Assembly (NCBI GenBank): GCA_964304625.1
Contig: OZ199840.1
Coordinates: forward strand, 4,738,966-4,802,965
Length of the DNA: 64,000 nt
Direction: 5' to 3'
Origin: Kudoa neothunni
Taxonomy: Eukaryota; Animalia; Cnidaria
Below the pieces are notes generated by a model. It had not been told where the DNA came from and made no database searches. It saw nothing but the letters and a program-made list of their open reading frames with translations. Position numbers and translations under genes: made by a program. Within the stretch, counting starts at the first letter, position 1. Every line of letters begins with the position of its first letter. This document shows, piece by piece, positions 57,834 through 64,000 of the stretch.

Positions 57834-58819
57834 ATGATTGGAGGGGTGCTTGTATGCTTAGGTAACTAAACCCTCGACGACTTTTGTATCATAATATAGT
57901 TATTTTTGCGCTAAACTCATTAATTCTGAATTGGAAGTAAATTAAACATTGTGATGTGATTGTTAAAATATTATTTAGACCGTACAAAACCAAAAGGCTC
58001 CAAATTTGACATTATCGCCAAATGCTACAAGCCAAATTCGTCAGGTTCTTTTCTACTTGCAAAGCCATGAATATTTCTCTGGATCTGAGGATGTAATAAT
58101 AGCTAACAAGTTTCCGCCTAATTGTTTTAGTTTCAAGCAATCGATTCCATTCTTAATAACCCAGGAAAATATATCAATAAATTGAATAAGCGAATAATAT
58201 GTGAAAATTATGCAAAATGTGAAAATAATATAAGTATATACCGAATAATTAAATATTTGATAATAAATATTAATAGTTGCATCATTGACAATTTCACTCC
58301 TCTGCATTCCTTGTAGGGTAAATAATGTTCATAAATTAGTAATTCAATGATAAATCTAATATAGATAGTCAAATACAAAGCTTGTATGTATACTGGAGAA
58401 ATGTATGGAGACGAAAATGTATTCGATTATAAATTATGATTAAATATTATCCGATATTTTTATTCAGATCGGGAAACTGTGTAAATTTGAAAGTTACAGC
58501 AGATGTGTCGAATTGAATTTTGCAAAAAACATTCATATGAATCAATTAACGGTATGGATAATATGCTGTTTAAATAATTTTATTAAAATTGTTTTTCGAC
58601 AAATTAGCAAAAATTGAAGCTTTAGGTAGTCAACCACCACAGGAAACAGAAGCATGTGGTAAATTTATATACATATATTATATATATATATATATGGGTT
58701 AAACTTATGTAGTATGCAAAAACGCCCCACTCAGTGTTCCATTTCAAGCTCATGGCACAGTGAATTATCAAGAAAATGGTCAAATAACTGTGCAAGTTAA
58801 TGGAGTTTCCAGTTCATAA
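57834..58819 (+). CDS. Secreted Cys-rich protein of unknown family, paralog A (9 exons, two -1 indels)
   Basis: MIGGVLVCL|VIFALN...|TVQNQKAPNLTLSPNATSQIRQVLFYLQSHEYFSGSED|FQAIDSILNNPGKYINKLNKRIICENYAKCENN|IASLTISLLCIPCR|...|VCKNAPLSVPFQAHGTVNYQENGQITVQVNGVSSS*. Matches paralog B exon for exon. Confidence 0.72.
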
Positions 58820-59410
58820 ATACCTTTGAGGAGATTTATTGGTCTACCTCCAAAAATAGCGTCTTCACTCATTCGAACTTTATTTTTACGAGATATGATA
58901 TATTTACAACGATTTATTACTCGCAAAAATTATATATATATATATATATAAATTAAGGGTGCTTTTTATAAGATATGCCTAATACAACATTATTCATTCC
59001 TGGATTTAACTATATTCGAAATTTAAACATACTTTGAAAGATCTATGATTGTTTTAATTATGTAAAATAATTAAAGGTTGGTCAATTACTTATAAATTGA
59101 TAGTGAAGGATAATATCTGATAGATATAAGCATAATAATATTTGGACTGTATTTTTAGATTTCTATTGAGTGCACCCTCCACTTTAAACATTCATTAATT
59201 AAATTTGAAATAGACGTAACTTTATTTAACTAATAAAGCAAATTTATGTCTACAATTTAAGCAGTTGTTCAGAGGAAAATTTATTTTAAATTAATATGGG
59301 TTTAAATGAAATTAATATTAATAATAAATATGAATATAAGTAGTTTATACCATTTTAATAATCTCCCTTAAATTATGATTATTTCAATTTCATTAATAAC
59401 AGGTATTTAA

Positions 59411-60392
59411 CCTTCTAAGTAGATGAAAAATTTACACCCTCCAAATAAAAATGGAGTAGAAATCTACTTCACTATTTAATTTTCTATAATTGCCTAAAAT
59501 AAAATTTATCATTGACTGTCAAAGTATAAGAAAAATTTATTGAGTAAATTTTGAATAAATGACCAATTATTAGAGTTTTCTTCGGTTTACGCATGCGCGT
59601 ACATTTATTTCATTACGTTTCTTTGGAGTATGATTATATTTATAGGTGTATTTATGCGGTTTTTTAGTTTTATCATTTAATTCAAGTTTTATAGCAGTAG
59701 TAGCCGCCAATTAATTTATCTTATTTTAAACAACGCAGAAAACACAAAATGATGGAAAACAGTGTTAATTTCACCAAAAAGTTATCATATATGTATTTAA
59801 GCTCTTTCTAAAACACAAAACTTGTCAAAATGTTGAATAATTATATCAAATAGTTTTTTAATGCTGTCCACAATAGGAAATTAAGGACATTGATTAACAG
59901 TTTTCACATATGTTTTTAGATATCTTTTACAATGTATAAATAAGCAAAATGATGAAAATTCATCGTATTTTGAATAAATGGTAAACGAATAATAAGAGAA
60001 TGAAGAGCTATATCATTGTATTCTAGTAGGAACGAAATGCTTATATCTGTGTTGCGCATGCGGACTGACATCGCATGTGTAGTGTTTAGTTATTTATTCA
60101 TTATTTACTCGATAGAAATTCCGAAAATTTTTAAAAGTCATATTTATCAATATTTTAAATAATTTTATGAAAGAAAAAGATGGGGTTGATTTTTCCCCAG
60201 TTTTATTTGGAAAAAGTTTTTACATCAACTTTTTTTTATGACAAAAAAAAATTTCAACTCATTTTTCTGAAAGACATCATAATGATAAAAGATTACAAAA
60301 ACTGGAGAAGAGGAGTTATGTACCATTTATACTCTATAATATTGTTGGAGAAAAACACTTGGGCAGTATTCTATCCCATTTAATTTAGAAAG
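59411..60392. mobile_element. piggyBac-like non-autonomous element
   Basis: TTAA|CCTTCTAAGT ... ATTTAGAAAG|TTAA. Confidence 0.45.
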
Positions 60393-62622
60393 TTAAAATA
60401 TGAAAAACTCATTATATTTGTATAGAATAATTTTAGATGTTACAATGAAATTAAAATATATTCTATTGAATTTAAATTGGTTAATAAACATTTTAATTAT
60501 TAAAGATTAATAATGCATTTATTTTAAGTAGAAAAACATAATATTTATTAATATTGAGTTAAAGATTTAGTTATTATAACATTACAGTCAGAAATTCATA
60601 ATTTCATGTATTAAAAAGTAGATAAATGCATAAAACAATTATTTCAAAAATAATATATAATTTTTTTAAAATAAACAATCATTTAAAGTATAAAAAGATT
60701 ATTTTTTATAGTTAAATATATTTTATTTAATTAACTTCTAATTACCCATGACAGATTAAGGTTATTTTAACTTTAAGGAAATTGATAATGAGGTTTAAAA
60801 CATGGGGTAATGTTTTCTAAAGATATATAAGTTTTAATGTGACTATTGTGTACATAATTGTGGAGAAATTCTTTCTCTTGGAATTATTCTTCATAATTAT
60901 ATAGCGAAAATCTCCAAAAATGATTTATTTGTAATACTCCAATTTTTATTGATTTTCTGTGGATATTAAGTGGAAAATATCTAATTTCTAAAGAACAAAA
61001 TAATCATTTGGAAGAAATTTAGTCGAAATCGAATTACATAATGTGTAAAAAAAATGTAAAGTGATATAAACAGTAATAATAATAAGAAGAAGAATTATAA
61101 ATATTAACTTTAATGAAAATTTTTTGATTGGTCACGATGAATAAATCAAAGAATAATTTTTGATGAAAATTGAGGTTAATTCATTATTTTTAAAGTAACT
61201 TTTTAACTTGTGACTTAAAAAGCTTATTATCTCTACCATCAACCTTATAGAAGTGTTATAAATAATTTTTAGAAATATAAAGTATATTACCTTAATATAT
61301 TTAATAAGAAAATTATTATAAACAGTCATTAAATGAGATTTATATATAAAAATATTATTGATGTATTATAAGAAATTTTAAATATTTATTTAAATTGAAA
61401 ATAATAATTATATTGAATATAAAATTGTAATAATATAATTTGTTTATTTATTCCGCATTATGTGTTAACTAACGTAATTAATTAGATACTTAATTTTAAA
61501 ATATCATGGTTATACTTCAAACATTAATTTTAATAATTATATTAAATAACAATAAAATATTTAATGGATAACATGGAAAAAATTAGTTCATCATATCCAA
61601 AAATTTAAAGTATAGTTATCTATTTGTCTAAATGCATGTTCTATGAATTTGTAGGTTATCACTGACAGAATGTGAAGTCAACAAAAATTATTGAAATTAT
61701 ATTTTACAACGGAATGATATAAACTGTAGTAGCTACTCAAAGTATTTGCTCGTCAGTAATATGATTAAAAACAACGTAAATAAGCCAAAACTTTTATTAA
61801 TTAATCTTTTTATTGTTTTATTGAGAATATATATTATAATTTCAATATATTATCCAATTAAATAAAATTTAAGAAATTTAATCATTTATACAATTTATTT
61901 GATCAAGCACTTTTTTTACGAGATATCTTTTCTTGTTAACCAATATTAATTCAAATATATATCAGATTATTTGATAATAAATAAAATAACCTTTAAGTAA
62001 ATTGTTTGAAATTACTTTCGGGATTTAGTATTAATGATGATTATATGTTTATTTTAGGTTATCTATATTTGTGACTAATCATATTAGAACGCATTATTAT
62101 TAGAGTTGTGTAACTATCGATTTACGTATTTGATAAGCTAATCTATTTCAACAAAATATTTTAAATTATTAGATCAATAAAGTTTTGAAATAGATTAAAT
62201 ATTTTTTTACATTTTATCACATATGATATAATTATTACATACCATTAATAAATAGGTAAAGATCTTTTTTTATTATTACAACTGATTCATTAATGAAAAG
62301 TAAATAAAATCATTGAGTAAACATATTTAAGTAAAAAAGTTTTTAATTATTGACAAATAATCAAACGAATATTAATCTTGTAAAACATTTTTCCATAGTA
62401 TATGACATTACAAACTATTGATAAATATAATAAATATTTAAAGCATTGATTGAATTACGGAATGATACATAAAAGTATAATCATCCCTGTCATTCTGTTT
62501 GATAAATTAACACAATTATTTCAAAGAAATATCTATTCGGTATGTATCATTTGTTATCTGTATTTACCGAGATAAATATTTTATATAAATTGATAAATCC
62601 GATTATACAAAAATTGTGAAAA

Positions 62623-63605
62623 ATGGCAGGAGCGATTTTTGTGTGCCTAGGTATTTTTTAAATCATGATCTTCGTTATATTGAGTATAGCTTTTGTTTAT
62701 CTGAATTCAATAACTCCTGATCAAGACGTGAGAAAATTGTTTGATTTACGATTAATTAAATGTTTCTACAGGCTGTTCAATCGACGGATCCTGCTCAACT
62801 AACTTTATCCCCAAATGCTACCAAACAATTTCGACTTGCACTTGATTACCTTCAAGGACATAATGATTTTCAAGCTACGAATTTCGTAAAAATAATTTGA
62901 TATATTTTCTAAATATATTTAAGTTTAATATAATCAATGCTCTGGGCGATAATCCAGATAAATATATTAATAAATTCAATAAGCAAACTGCTTGCGAAAG
63001 ATACGCTAAATGTGTTGATAACACAAGTATATATATATATATATAATATCTATCAAAATATTCAATAGATTTTATTATTAGTTTTATATTTCACGTTTTC
63101 ACCCTTCTGTATTCCATGCAAAGTACCTCATATTTTATGTGTTAGTTCTTAAGGAATAATAACCAATAGTTGGTTGCAAAAAAAAATTGTATTATAGTTA
63201 GGAAGGAACGTAGAACGTTGTCGGTATCTAACCTTATAGTTTGTCAAATATTTGGTATTTAACATATTTAGAATCACAAGGTCTGTAATTATCAAAGTCA
63301 CACCAAATGTATTAATATTGGAGCATGCAAAAATAAATCATTCAGCGATGTTAAAGGTACAATAAATTATATCCAATATTAAATACGTTAATAATGATAT
63401 TTTTAATCCAAAAGAAAATTTGGAAGCTTTAGATAATAAACCACCACAAGAAACATGCTGTAAGTGAGTATTAAAAGGTTCTAAAATATATTTGTTTAGT
63501 GTGTAAAAATGTGCCTTCAAAAGTAACATTTGAAGCAAAGGGCAGGTGGATTATCAACAAAGTGGCCATATAAGCGTCCAACTCACTGGGGCTTCCGATA
63601 ATTGA
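62623..63605 (+). CDS. Secreted Cys-rich protein of unknown family, paralog B (~205 aa, 9 exons)
   Basis: MAGAIFVCL|AFVYLNSITPDQD|AVQSTDPAQLTLSPNATKQFRLALDYLQGHNDFQATNF|FNIINALGDNPDKYINKFNKQTACERYAKCVDNT|ILYFTFSPFCIPCK|LVAKKNC...|NHKVCNYQSHTKCINIGACKNKSFSDVK|ENLEALDNKPPQETC|LCKNVPSKVTFEAKG... One G is missing at ~63541. Confidence 0.75.
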
Positions 63606-64000
63606 ATACTTCTGATGAGAGTTCTTCATCTACTACTTAAAATAGACTCTTTAAGTTTCTCATAACTACAAAATATTTTCTCGAACTAAATTTTGTTACT
63701 TGAGCATTATGTTATTCTACATTAATTCTTTATAAAAATTTCAAAAATTATATTTTTTTGGCTAAACTACACAATACACAATAAGAGACCGCTTCGGCAA
63801 ACGTAGGACAACGACCGAGAAATGAGTTTCCCACTAAAAATCTTTTATCTGGAAAATGTTGACACCATAAAAGCTATCGATTATGGTTTTTTTAATAAGA
63901 TACAATGCATTCTATAAAAACCCTTCAAAATCTCGGCCTTATTTATTCACAGAAAAAAGAGGTAAATGTGGTTGCTGGATACGAGAAATTTTTGATAAGT

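Noticed and set aside
58053-58307. Minus-strand 84-aa ORF
   Set aside because: Overlaps plus-strand exons that are validated by paralogy with 62623-63605.
60780-61770. Exon-like fragments on both strands
   Set aside because: I could not build a consistent frame or recognise any motif.
63612-63690. CTGATGA hammerhead-like cores (also at ~18475)
   Set aside because: No stem II followed by GAAA and no closing stems.

Overview
AT-rich eukaryotic (animal-like) genomic window with the standard genetic code and very short spliceosomal introns (mostly ~38-58 nt). This suggests a compact parasite genome such as an orthonectid or myxozoan; that is inference, not identification. The tiny introns hide most genes from the ORF track, so I spliced them by hand. 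Host genes: a LIMD2-like LIM protein; a ~979-aa six-exon gene derived from an IS630/Tc1-type transposase with an apparently dead DDE triad (top finding); a divergent VPS28-like gene; three tandem SEA/EGF transmembrane mucin-like paralogs; GCSH; NUBP1; two mosaic paralogs of an FN3-like single-pass surface protein; and two paralogs of an unrecognised secreted Cys-rich protein. Intergenic DNA is full of decayed DNA transposons (three hAT/Buster, pogo/Tigger, piggyBac, a Mutator-like element with 9-bp TSD, MITEs), plus a tRNA-headed SINE-like structured element and a 14-bp minisatellite inside a hAT. Several single-base, mostly homopolymer, indels in otherwise intact genes look like long-read assembly errors.
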